From Candidatus Shapirobacteria bacterium (GTDB lineage Bacteria; Patescibacteriota; Microgenomatia; UBA12405), in assembly GCA_028704635.1 (NCBI GenBank), contig JAQWFB010000005.1, forward strand, positions 26,223 through 90,222: DNA of 64,000 nt, read 5' to 3'. Within the stretch, counting starts at the first letter, position 1. Every line of letters begins with the position of its first letter. Position numbers and translations under genes: made by a program. The notes beneath the pieces are model-generated. The model had not been told where the DNA came from and made no database searches. It saw only the letters and a program-made list of their open reading frames with translations. Positions 1 through 9,682 of this stretch are shown here, one piece after another.

Positions 1-1
1 G

Positions 2-109
2 CTTAAATTTAAAACTATTAAAAATGTTCCTAATGGAATTAAAGAAATAATTAAACTCATTAAGAGCGGTATTTTATCTAATCCTGACGATGAAAAATAT
101 AAAAATTAA
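2..109 (+). CDS. 3' end of upstream gene (partial), probably an NAD-dependent epimerase/dehydratase
   Basis: Open frame LKFKTIKNVPNGIKEIIKLIKSGILSNPDDEKYKN* from the window edge; resembles sugar-epimerase C-termini; overlaps next start. Confidence 0.45.
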   Translation, partial: LKFKTIKNVPNGIKEIIKLIKSGILSNPDDEKYKN

Positions 110-1268
110 TGAAAAAGATTTTTCTCAACAAATATTAAATCAATTAAAATTAATCTGTCCTGAAAAAAAATTCTACGCTCTACACGAACCTAATTTTGTT
201 GGTAAAGAATGGGAATATGTAAAAGAATGTATCGACACCAAATGGGTTTCATCAGCAGGCAAATTTGTTGATGAATTTGAAAAAAAAATCGCTCAATTTA
301 CAGGAGTAAAATATGCAATAGCCACCTCAAGCGGTACTGCTGCCCTTCATGTTGCCTTGCTTTTGGCTGGAATCAAACCAAATGATGAAGTATTAACTCC
401 CACATTAACATTTGTTGCTACTACCAATGCCATAAAATATTGCAATGCGATACCTCATTTTGTCGATAGTGATTATCAAACTTTAGGTGTAAATCCTAAA
501 AAGTTAGAGAGGTATCTAAAAGAAATTACTATTATTAAAAATAATGAGTGTATTAATAAAAAAACTAATAGAAGAATAAAAGCACTTATTGTAATGCACA
601 CTTTTGGTCATGCAGTCAATTTAACTGAAATAGTCAAAATTGCCAAAAAATATAAAATAGACCTTATAGAAGATGCTGCTGAAGCCTTAGGCACATACTA
701 CAAAAATAAACATGTGGGAAATTGGGGGAAATTATCTATTTTGAGTTTTAATGGAAACAAACTACTGACCACAGGTGGAGGTGGAATGATATTAACCAAT
801 AATAAAACATTAGCCAAAAAAGCTAAATTTATCACCACCACCGCCAAAAAATCACATCCATATTTATTTAATCATAGCGAAATTGGTTTCAATTATCGCT
901 TACCTAATATCAATGCCGCCTTAGGAGTCGCCCAAATGGAATATATAACCCAAACTTTAGAAAAAAAAAGACAATTAGCCCAAAAATATATTGAGATTTT
1001 TCAAGATTTAAAAGGATTAAAAACATTTAACGAACCAAAATATTGTAAAAGTAATTATTGGTTAAATGTATTATTGCTCGATGAACCTAATATAAAATTA
1101 CGAAATCAAATTCTGGAAAAAACTAACTCTAATAACATAATGACTAGACCAGTATGGACTTTAATGCATAAATTACCAATATTTAAGGATTGTCCCAAAA
1201 TGAATTTAAATATTGCTGAAAATATAAGCAAAAGATTAATTAATATGCCAAGTAGTACTTTTTTATGA
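90..1268 (+). CDS. LegC-family DegT/DnrJ/EryC1/StrS sugar aminotransferase
   Basis: LHEP, WVSSAG, SSGTAALH, EDAAEALG, SFNGNK (PLP Lys), GFNYRLPNINAALG motifs. Confidence 0.9.
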   Translation: MKNIKINEKDFSQQILNQLKLICPEKKFYALHEPNFVGKEWEYVKECIDTKWVSSAGKFVDEFEKKIAQFTGVKYAIATSSGTAALHVALLLAGIKPNDEVLTPTLTFVATTNAIKYCNAIPHFVDSDYQTLGVNPKKLERYLKEITIIKNNECINKKTNRRIKALIVMHTFGHAVNLTEIVKIAKKYKIDLIEDAAEALGTYYKNKHVGNWGKLSILSFNGNKLLTTGGGGMILTNNKTLAKKAKFITTTAKKSHPYLFNHSEIGFNYRLPNINAALGVAQMEYITQTLEKKRQLAQKYIEIFQDLKGLKTFNEPKYCKSNYWLNVLLLDEPNIKLRNQILEKTNSNNIMTRPVWTLMHKLPIFKDCPKMNLNIAENISKRLINMPSSTFL

Positions 1269-1903
1269 AATCTAAAATAATAATTATTGGCGGTGGTGGT
1301 CACGCTAAGGTTCTCATAAGTATAATTAAAAAATTAAAATCTTTCGAGACACTCGGTTATACCGACATAGAAAATAAAGGTGAAATATTGGGGGTAAAGT
1401 ACCTTGGAACAGATTCCGTTTTGGAAAAAATTATTATTAAATACCCAAAATGTTCCGCTGTTATAGGAGTTGGTAGAACAAATATAGAAGATAAAAGACA
1501 ATCTATCAAACAAAAATTAATAGATTTAAACTTTTCTTTACCAGTAATTATTTCTCCCACCTCTACAATTAATGAAGACGTAACTATTGGCAAAGGAACA
1601 GTCATATTTGATCGATCTATTGTCAATAGTGGAGCTAGAATAGGTGAAACAGTTATATTAAACACCAACAGTGTTCTCGAACACGATTGTTTTTTGGAGA
1701 ATAATGTTTTTATTGGCCCCAACTCAACCATTTGCGGCGGAGTTTTTATTGACCAAAATTCTTTCATAGGTGCCGGATCAACCATAATTCCAAATATAAA
1801 AATATCCAAAAACTGTTTAATTGGTGCCGGTTCAGTAATTATTAATAATTTAAAAAAACCAGGAACTTATGTTGGTATACCTGGGAAATTAATCAAATTA
1901 TGA
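1265..1903 (+). CDS. NeuD/PglD-family sugar acetyltransferase (left-handed beta-helix)
   Basis: IIGGGGHAKV N-terminus, hexapeptide repeats, EHDC, C-terminal VGIPGK. Confidence 0.88.
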   Translation: MKSKIIIIGGGGHAKVLISIIKKLKSFETLGYTDIENKGEILGVKYLGTDSVLEKIIIKYPKCSAVIGVGRTNIEDKRQSIKQKLIDLNFSLPVIISPTSTINEDVTIGKGTVIFDRSIVNSGARIGETVILNTNSVLEHDCFLENNVFIGPNSTICGGVFIDQNSFIGAGSTIIPNIKISKNCLIGAGSVIINNLKKPGTYVGIPGKLIKL

Positions 1904-2592
1904 AAGCGGTAATACTAGCTGGAGGTTTAGGTACCAGACTTAAACCATTTACAGAAATAATTCCAAAACCATTACTTCCTTTAGGAGAAAAGTCTGTAAT
2001 GGAAATACAAATATCATCCCTTAAACAACATGGATTCAATGATATATATGTAGCAACTAATTATATGTCTGAATATATTGAAGCATTTTTAGGTAATGGT
2101 TCAAAATATGGCGTTAATCTAATATTTAGTAAAGAAACCAAACCACTAGGCACCTGTGGCCCATTAAGTCTTTTAAAAAATGAGTTAAATGAACCATTTG
2201 TATTAATGAATGGAGATATCTTAACTAAATTAAATTTATCTGATTTTTATCAACACTCTATAAAAAATGACTCATTTTTAACAATTGGTACTAAAATAAT
2301 ATCCACACCTTTTAGATTTGGTAATGTTAAAACTGATTCTAATGGATTTGTGATTGATATAGAAGAAAAACCAGAATTAAGTTTTGAAATACTGGCCGGA
2401 ATATATCTTATGAAACCACAAATATTTGAAAATATACCTAATAATGAATACTTTGGTATTGATAATTTAATTAAAAATTTACTTACTAAAAAAGAAAAAA
2501 TATCTAAATACCAAATTAAGGAATATTGGTTAGATATTGGACAAATTGAGGATTATAGTAAGGCAAAGGAAGAAGTAATCAATAACTTTTAA
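1900..2592 (+). CDS. Sugar-phosphate nucleotidyltransferase
   Basis: ILAGGLGTRLKPFT..PKPL, LGTCG, NGDIL, EEKP, WLDIG motifs. Confidence 0.9.
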   Translation: MKAVILAGGLGTRLKPFTEIIPKPLLPLGEKSVMEIQISSLKQHGFNDIYVATNYMSEYIEAFLGNGSKYGVNLIFSKETKPLGTCGPLSLLKNELNEPFVLMNGDILTKLNLSDFYQHSIKNDSFLTIGTKIISTPFRFGNVKTDSNGFVIDIEEKPELSFEILAGIYLMKPQIFENIPNNEYFGIDNLIKNLLTKKEKISKYQIKEYWLDIGQIEDYSKAKEEVINNF

Positions 2593-2597
2593 ATTAA

Positions 2598-3725
2598 ATG
2601 GATATTTTAATTTTTGGTAGAAAAGACAGCATTTTTGTCAAGGAGTTAATTAGTGTCATCCATGAGAAATATAATATAAATTTTGAAATAATTGACATAT
2701 TTCATCTTGAACACATTAGTTGTTCTAATAATTTAATTAAAAAAATTATTTCCCTTCCTGCCTTTTTAGATAAACCACTAATCAGATTATTTTTTAGTAT
2801 CCCAATAACCTTCCAATATTTATTAAAAATAAAAAAAAGATATGATATTTGCCATATTGTTTACAAAAAATTCCAATATTGTTTTTTAATAAATTTAATT
2901 TGTCAAAAAGGAAAAAAAACAATAGTAACCATTTTTGGAAGTGACTTTTACAAAAATCATTTAAAATATTTCGATAGAAATTTTTACAATAAAGTTGATT
3001 ATATTACTTTTGCTAATGAACAAACCAAAACTGACTTCAATCATTATTACCATTTTAAATTTAATAACAAAATTAATATTTGTCCCTTTGGGTTACTTGT
3101 CTTAAATAAAATAGATGAAATTAATAAAAAACAAAACTCTCGACAAATCAAAAAAAAACTAGGCTACAATCCAGAAACAATTATTATTATTTGTGGTGGA
3201 AATAGATCTATAAATGAACAACACGAAAAAATAATTAACGAATTGTCTCTATTAAAAAACTTATCCGATATAAAACCAATTGTTTTTATATTCCCTATGA
3301 CATATGGTGGATCATTAAAAAGAGTATTTTTTATTCAAGAATTAATATCTAAAAAAATTCCAAAACTCAACACTAAAATAATTAAAAATTATCAAAACAT
3401 AGACGATGTTGCTCAATTAAGATTAATTACTGATATTCAAATTAATATTAGAAAAACGGATCAACTTTCTGGTGTTATGTTAGAAAATATGTATGTTGGT
3501 GGAGTAATAATCAATGGTAGTTGGTTACCATATAATAATCTTAGTAAAAAAAATATTTATTATGAAAAAATTTCTCAAACAAAACATCTTCATAAAAAGA
3601 TCGAAACTGTTATAAATAATATAGAAAATTACAAAAACAAAACCACCAATAACCATACTACAATCAAAAAACTTTACCATTGGAACACTACATCAAAACT
3701 TTGGTACACTCTATACAACAAATAA
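2598..3725 (+). CDS. Putative glycosyltransferase (GT-B fold)
   Basis: 375 aa in a sugar operon; GSDFY, PMTYG, TDQLS...LE motifs typical of divergent GT-B enzymes. Confidence 0.6.
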   Translation: MDILIFGRKDSIFVKELISVIHEKYNINFEIIDIFHLEHISCSNNLIKKIISLPAFLDKPLIRLFFSIPITFQYLLKIKKRYDICHIVYKKFQYCFLINLICQKGKKTIVTIFGSDFYKNHLKYFDRNFYNKVDYITFANEQTKTDFNHYYHFKFNNKINICPFGLLVLNKIDEINKKQNSRQIKKKLGYNPETIIIICGGNRSINEQHEKIINELSLLKNLSDIKPIVFIFPMTYGGSLKRVFFIQELISKKIPKLNTKIIKNYQNIDDVAQLRLITDIQINIRKTDQLSGVMLENMYVGGVIINGSWLPYNNLSKKNIYYEKISQTKHLHKKIETVINNIENYKNKTTNNHTTIKKLYHWNTTSKLWYTLYNK

Positions 3726-3726
3726 C

Positions 3727-5025
3727 ATGAATCGCCTAAAAAAAACCATTCAAAGTTTCAATAGTTTAAGAAAACAAAAATTTACTATTGATACAATTTG
3801 GAATTTGGCTAGCACCTTGATACTAGCAGTTAGTGGCATATTAATGAATATTGTTATTGGAAATCAGTTTAAATCTGAAGGTTTAGGTGTTTTCAATCAA
3901 GCATTATCTATATATGGTGTATTATCAATAATTGCAGTTTTTGGTGTCAATTCATCAGTCTTAAAATATAGCGCCCAACATAAAGACAACGATACAAAAT
4001 GCAATGACCTCCTTATATCCTCAATATTATTTACATTGATACTCTCAGTCTCACTAACATTACTATTTTTCTTTATTATTCCCTTTTTGCCATATTTTAA
4101 TAGAAACCCTAACCTTTTATTAGCTACTCGTTTAATAATTTTAGGCATACCATTTTTTTCGATAAACAAAATATTACTTAGTTTTCTAAATGGAATAAGA
4201 AAAATGAAAAGTTATGCCGTGTTTCAATCACTCAGATGGATACTAATTATCATTTTTATTGTGATTATTATTAATATTAAAAAATCAATTGTTTTGGTTT
4301 CGTTAAGTTTTCCATTAACCGAACTATTGCTTTTAATTTCGTTCTTCATCTATATAAAAAACTTTTTTAATTTTAATTTTTGTGTCAATAAATCATGGAT
4401 CAAAAAACATATGGAATTTGGCAGTAAATCTGTTTTTATCAACTCTATCAGTGAACTTAACGACAAAACTGATATTTTAATTATCGGTTTTTTTATGTCT
4501 AATTATTATGTTGGAATCTATAGTTTTGCCTCAAGTATCGCCAAAGGATTGTTAATGTTTTCATCGGTTATACAATTAAACTTTAACCCTATAATTTCTT
4601 ATTTGTGGGGAAAGAAAAAAATCATTAAATTAAATCACTACATAAAAAAAATAAAAAAAATAACTCTACTATTAACAATTCCTATTATTTCCGGAGCAGC
4701 CATATTCTACCCATTTTTTGTAAATATTTTTATGAAAGATAAATCATTTTTAGAAAGTTTTTCTGTTTTCTATATCCTTTTAATAGGGATAGGTATTTTG
4801 TCAATTTTCTATTGGGCATGTGGTTTATTAACTATGGCAGGATATCCAGAAAAACAATTACAAATTACAATTATAATCTTTATTTTCAATATAATCACCA
4901 ATTCTATATTAATCCCAATATTTGGAATTAATGGAGCCGCCATTGCTAATACTCTTTCTTACATTCTGATAATTTGTCTTATATTTTTTATATCAAAGAA
5001 AAAACTGAATATTAGAATTATTTAA
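3727..5025 (+). CDS. Wzx-like polysaccharide flippase
   Basis: About 12 hydrophobic segments; DILIIG...VGIYS and LIPIFGINGAAIA motifs. Confidence 0.85.
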   Translation: MNRLKKTIQSFNSLRKQKFTIDTIWNLASTLILAVSGILMNIVIGNQFKSEGLGVFNQALSIYGVLSIIAVFGVNSSVLKYSAQHKDNDTKCNDLLISSILFTLILSVSLTLLFFFIIPFLPYFNRNPNLLLATRLIILGIPFFSINKILLSFLNGIRKMKSYAVFQSLRWILIIIFIVIIINIKKSIVLVSLSFPLTELLLLISFFIYIKNFFNFNFCVNKSWIKKHMEFGSKSVFINSISELNDKTDILIIGFFMSNYYVGIYSFASSIAKGLLMFSSVIQLNFNPIISYLWGKKKIIKLNHYIKKIKKITLLLTIPIISGAAIFYPFFVNIFMKDKSFLESFSVFYILLIGIGILSIFYWACGLLTMAGYPEKQLQITIIIFIFNIITNSILIPIFGINGAAIANTLSYILIICLIFFISKKKLNIRII

Positions 5026-5026
5026 T

Positions 5027-7147
5027 ATGGGTTGGAAAAGAGATAAACCACTTTTAATTACATTAGTACTGCTTTTTATCTTTTTTACTGTTATTAATTT
5101 GTTTTTTAGAGATACAGTTGAAGATGAAACTGAGTATATTAAAGAAGCATTGGTTCTATCTGACTGCATAAGGCATGGACAATGGTTTGGGAATTATAGT
5201 GTCGGCCTACATGGATTTTTACTCAAAATCCCTGCCGCAATTATTTTCATGTTTAGTGGACCAAATATTTTTTTAATCAGATCAATCAATGTTATTTTTT
5301 CTCTAGCAAATTGTATTTTATTTTATAAAATCCTTGATAGTAAAAAAATTAATCTCAGTAAATACAAATTTATTGGTGTTATTTTGTTTATTTCTAGTTT
5401 TCAATTTTTGACCACAACACCAACTTTTATAAAAGAGTCATCTTTATTATTTTTTATCCTCTTATTTATTTATGAATTATTAAATAAAAAAAGATTTTGG
5501 TTATTAGGATTATTTCTTCTCTTAATTTTCGACGCCAAAGAATATGTTGCTTTCGTCATATCTCCAGCCATTGGACTTTGGTTAATAATCTCTAGACAAA
5601 AAAATTTTATTCTTCGCTCTATCCAGATTTTTTTTCCTACTATAATTTTTACGGTTTTAATGTTCACGACATCATTAGTACCTCTTAACCCATTTGTAGC
5701 CTCGATTATAAAATTAACCAACGATTCTCAATACCAAAACAGACATTTTTCAGTCGAATATTCCACTGCTAACCTCCAATTATATACAACTAACGAAAAA
5801 GTTTTAAGTCAAAACATGAAAATCTATCAAATTGTAATAAGTTATGTTCAAAAAATCTTATATCCAAAAGTATTTTCACTACTATCTTTACCATTGATAA
5901 TTGTCATTCCTTCCCTTGCAACATCCATTATTTTATTTAACAAATGGCGTAAAACAAAAAAATATGAATTAATGCTCTTACCTCTTATTTTTTGGATATA
6001 CCTAATAGTTTATGTCTTTTATACATCAATAGGCAGGTATCTCTATCCAATATTTCCCATTATTTATATATTTTTCTTATTTTTAATAAAAAATAACAAA
6101 ATTTTTTCCAAACCAATACTCCTGACAATTATTTCTACCTCCGGAATATTAACCATATTGGACGTCTTTTACGACCAAGGGTTCTTGTATATAAAAGCTC
6201 TTCTATATTTATGTTTTTTTATAGGACTAATCTTGATAAGTTTCGATAAATTTAAAAAATTATCATTTTTATATATCTACTGCTTTTGTCTTGTTTCCTT
6301 CGCTTCTACCTTTATATTTTTTATAACTCAAGACCAAATCGCCAACAGCCTTAATTGGGGAATAGACCGTGAATGCCAAGAAATAATCAAAGAATTACCC
6401 GAAAATGGAAAAATACTAATCAATGAATTTGGTTGGAAACAATTACCCAATATTTATATTAATGAAACTTATAATTTACCAGAATGGCAATGGCCACTCA
6501 AAGACTGGGTCCCAAAAAAAACACTATTAAAAACAATAGGGGATCAAAAAATATATAATAATTTATGGTCAACAGAAGAAGAATTAAAAAAAATAATTGA
6601 ATTTAATAATATTGAATATTTAGTTTTTATTGAATCATCTCTGACTGATAATAAATTCTATCGCCAAGGTACAGTAAATTTTGCACTGGGGTTAGAATGG
6701 ACCAAACTAGAAAAAGTTAAAACGTACAAAAACAAATATATATATATTCTCAAAATAATCAATCCAAAAGACAATAAGAATCAATTAAATTTTAAATTAA
6801 AGATAAATAAAAACACAGATCAAAAAAATCTAGGTACTCTCTTTTCTATAAAGAATAATTATGGAAAAGAAGTTATAAGTATCGGACTAATAGAACCAAA
6901 AAAGAATAATAATAAAATTATTATGAAAATAAAGAATAATATTGGGGTTTCTTGCCCTATAAATTGGAAAAATGAAAGTATTTTAAGATTTAAAATTGAT
7001 TCCAATTTAATAATAATTTACCAAGACGATAATTTTATATGCAAAACTATATTAAATAACATCGATTATGACCACATAAAAAATAAAGTCACCATTGGAA
7101 ATGGAATATATGGTAGACTCAATGGAAGTATTAATTTAATTAAATAG
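5027..7147 (+). CDS. Multi-pass GT-C (ArnT/PMT-like) membrane glycosyltransferase with C-terminal soluble domain
   Basis: N-terminal TM then EDE acidic motif, many TMs, RYLYPIFP motif, extracellular C-terminus. Confidence 0.6.
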   Translation: MGWKRDKPLLITLVLLFIFFTVINLFFRDTVEDETEYIKEALVLSDCIRHGQWFGNYSVGLHGFLLKIPAAIIFMFSGPNIFLIRSINVIFSLANCILFYKILDSKKINLSKYKFIGVILFISSFQFLTTTPTFIKESSLLFFILLFIYELLNKKRFWLLGLFLLLIFDAKEYVAFVISPAIGLWLIISRQKNFILRSIQIFFPTIIFTVLMFTTSLVPLNPFVASIIKLTNDSQYQNRHFSVEYSTANLQLYTTNEKVLSQNMKIYQIVISYVQKILYPKVFSLLSLPLIIVIPSLATSIILFNKWRKTKKYELMLLPLIFWIYLIVYVFYTSIGRYLYPIFPIIYIFFLFLIKNNKIFSKPILLTIISTSGILTILDVFYDQGFLYIKALLYLCFFIGLILISFDKFKKLSFLYIYCFCLVSFASTFIFFITQDQIANSLNWGIDRECQEIIKELPENGKILINEFGWKQLPNIYINETYNLPEWQWPLKDWVPKKTLLKTIGDQKIYNNLWSTEEELKKIIEFNNIEYLVFIESSLTDNKFYRQGTVNFALGLEWTKLEKVKTYKNKYIYILKIINPKDNKNQLNFKLKINKNTDQKNLGTLFSIKNNYGKEVISIGLIEPKKNNNKIIMKIKNNIGVSCPINWKNESILRFKIDSNLIIIYQDDNFICKTILNNIDYDHIKNKVTIGNGIYGRLNGSINLIK

Positions 7148-7151
7148 ATAT

Positions 7152-7958
7152 ATGGATTTCGACTATAACAAATACTATAAAAATAAAACAAAAGATTTTT
7201 ATAAATACGAAAAGAAAATCGCTTTTTGGAAAGCCAAACATCTATTAAGTTTAATAAATGACACAACAAATGATAAATCCATTATTGAAATTGGTACGGG
7301 TAATGGAGAAGTACTAAATAACTTTACAAATTTTAAAGTAAAAATAGGAACAGATATTTCTTCGGAAGCAATCAAAAGAAATGTTTATGTAAAAGAATCA
7401 AAAAACATTAAAATAATAGACAAACATATTAATCGTAATGATATAAACAATAGTTTCATTTCCTTTAAAAATGTAATTAAAATTCCTAAGGAAAAATTAT
7501 TTTTATTAATCTTTGATGCTCAAAAAAAAACTGTGTTTGATAATAAATCAGTAGATTACGTTCTAGCCTGTGATATATTAGAACATGTTAAAGACCCAAA
7601 TCAATTATTAAGAGAAATATCAAGGATAGGGAATAAATTCTTATTTAAAATACCTATTGAAAACTGTTTATTAACAAAATTAAGTCTAAAAATTAACAAT
7701 ATTAAATACGAAATTAACCATCCATCAGGACATATTCATTGCTGGAATTTAAAACAAATTCATCAACTATTAAAGAATAATAATATAAAAATAAAAAAAG
7801 AAAAATTTATTCCAATAAATAACGAAACGATAGAAGGAAACTCTATTTTCAAAAAAATTATAATAAATACCATTCTTACATTAGATAAAATAACCATGAG
7901 TCATAATATGTTTTCAAAATGGCTATTGGGTGGAAATGTATTTATTTTAGGAGAATAG
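7152..7958 (+). CDS. Class I SAM-dependent methyltransferase
   Basis: IEIGTGNG motif I, GTDIS, DILEHV.DP, GHIH. Confidence 0.8.
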   Translation: MDFDYNKYYKNKTKDFYKYEKKIAFWKAKHLLSLINDTTNDKSIIEIGTGNGEVLNNFTNFKVKIGTDISSEAIKRNVYVKESKNIKIIDKHINRNDINNSFISFKNVIKIPKEKLFLLIFDAQKKTVFDNKSVDYVLACDILEHVKDPNQLLREISRIGNKFLFKIPIENCLLTKLSLKINNIKYEINHPSGHIHCWNLKQIHQLLKNNNIKIKKEKFIPINNETIEGNSIFKKIIINTILTLDKITMSHNMFSKWLLGGNVFILGE

Positions 7959-8041
7959 ATTAGAATGAATATTTCAATTCTTTATTATATTCCCATATTA
8001 AAACATACAGAAATAATATTCCTAATATAAATTATTAGTAA

Positions 8042-8149
8042 ACCACCAGTAATAACTCAATCATTGGCGCCAATGCAGCAGTAACCAAAAATGTTATTGC
8101 AAACACTATTGTTGGTGGTGTACCAGCTAAACTTATTAGAAATATTTAA
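8042..8149 (+). pseudogene. C-terminal remnant of a hexapeptide-repeat acetyltransferase
   Basis: Frame reads TTSNNSIIGANAAVTKNVIANTIVGGVPAKLIRNI*; in-frame TAA at 8039-8041 just upstream and no start codon. Confidence 0.75.
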
Positions 8150-9639
8150 TTCTCCAATATTTCTACCTGTCCATTAAACTCTCCAAAAATTCCTTCTTCT
8201 AAAACTAAACTCAAACCATCATCAAACGAAAAACCAGGATTTAATACTTGACCAATTATCCTATCACCCTCTTTAATTACCACTTTATCTTTATCAAAAA
8301 TAAAGTCAATCAATGTTGATTCCTTTGTAATATTTAAAAATGTATTTAAACAGCCAGGTTTTTCAAGAGAATAAATGCGGCCATATTCATCAATCTGTTC
8401 ATTTGTCAAAAAATCTGGATTTTTTATATCATAACCCCAACCTCGAAGATTAGATGTTGTCGCAAATAATTTATTGGAATAAGCAACTAAAGAAGTAACT
8501 CTCTGACCCAAAAAAGCGCTTTCTTCACCTACTAGTTGACCAAGATAAGGGATAAAGGGATCTTCTTCAACAGGATGACTAAACAACCTTGTTGATAAAG
8601 ACCAACTTTTTGACTCATGATCATAAATCATAATTTCACCCCTGGGCCAATAACCAACATATAAATTACCACCATAAATAGCCATCGACTGAGCTTCTCT
8701 ATCAGCATAATCTTTTTCTAAAAAAGGTGATAATAACGAAGGTTTAAAAACTTTTCCATCAAACTCATACAATCTGCCAGTAGGCCATGCACCTATCAAT
8801 GTTTTTCCATCATAATAAATAGAACTATAAAATTGTTTTCCTCTAGGTTTGTCAAGTATTTTTTTTGACAATCCCTCATCACAATAATAATTCTCATTTT
8901 CATGTTCACTCGCCTGACACCAACCCTTTCCGTCAAAAATCAAAATCGATCCATAATTTGTAATAGCAATTACTTTACCATTGTTTTCAGCATAAATATA
9001 AGGCCACGTACCTTTATATATCTCAATGCGAAAACAATCACCTTTATTAAACCGATCTTTACAGGCAACAACAAAATTATTATCCAAACCAAAAATAAAA
9101 CCGTTGGCATAAAATTTATTATCATAATTCATATCATTATTAAGTTGAAATAAATTTTCATCAAGTGACGTGTTAATTTTTAACTTATCATCGTCAAGTT
9201 TATAAACATTTCCATTTGCCATATCCTTAAAAAGGATACAATTTTCTTTTACAAAAGAAAATCCTGTTTTAAATTTTTTTGAAGGCTTACCAATAGTCTT
9301 AAAATTACTTTCCATTTTTTTCGTCAAACCATCCTGTTGTTTAACAAAAAAACTCATTTCTCCAGGTTGATAACCAGAATAAGTATTCCAATAACGTATA
9401 AAACCTGCCGAAGCCACGATATTACCTTGCTTGGTTTTCAAAGAAAAAATAGTTCCAAAAGGAGGAGTATTTTTTTTATCATAAAATATTTTAAAGGATA
9501 ATTTCTGATTAGCAACAACATCTGATTCAAAAAAATTTGATATCTTTGTCGTTTTATTAGACCAATTATTTACCAATAAAAAAATAACACTAATTACCAT
9601 GAATATAAACACGGATATAAATAATTTTTTATATTTCAT
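8146..9639 (-). CDS. Membrane-anchored exported protein, probable beta-propeller
   Basis: N-terminal hydrophobic anchor; repeated blade-like motifs (YDGKTLIGAWPTGRLYEFDG, YGGNLYVGYWPRGEIMIYD). Confidence 0.6.
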   Translation of the reverse strand: MKYKKLFISVFIFMVISVIFLLVNNWSNKTTKISNFFESDVVANQKLSFKIFYDKKNTPPFGTIFSLKTKQGNIVASAGFIRYWNTYSGYQPGEMSFFVKQQDGLTKKMESNFKTIGKPSKKFKTGFSFVKENCILFKDMANGNVYKLDDDKLKINTSLDENLFQLNNDMNYDNKFYANGFIFGLDNNFVVACKDRFNKGDCFRIEIYKGTWPYIYAENNGKVIAITNYGSILIFDGKGWCQASEHENENYYCDEGLSKKILDKPRGKQFYSSIYYDGKTLIGAWPTGRLYEFDGKVFKPSLLSPFLEKDYADREAQSMAIYGGNLYVGYWPRGEIMIYDHESKSWSLSTRLFSHPVEEDPFIPYLGQLVGEESAFLGQRVTSLVAYSNKLFATTSNLRGWGYDIKNPDFLTNEQIDEYGRIYSLEKPGCLNTFLNITKESTLIDFIFDKDKVVIKEGDRIIGQVLNPGFSFDDGLSLVLEEGIFGEFNGQVEILEN

Positions 9640-9682
9640 AAAATATGAAATAATTTTAAATAACTTTAATAAACATTTACTG

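Noticed and set aside
1106-1809. Antisense ORFs 1106-1303 and 1357-1809, and similar shadow ORFs throughout (3897, 5470, 8902, 11374, 13364, 22381, 34475, 46218, 58550, 59395, 59755, 60529)
   Set aside because: They overlap well-supported genes on the opposite strand or in another frame and have no recognisable motifs.
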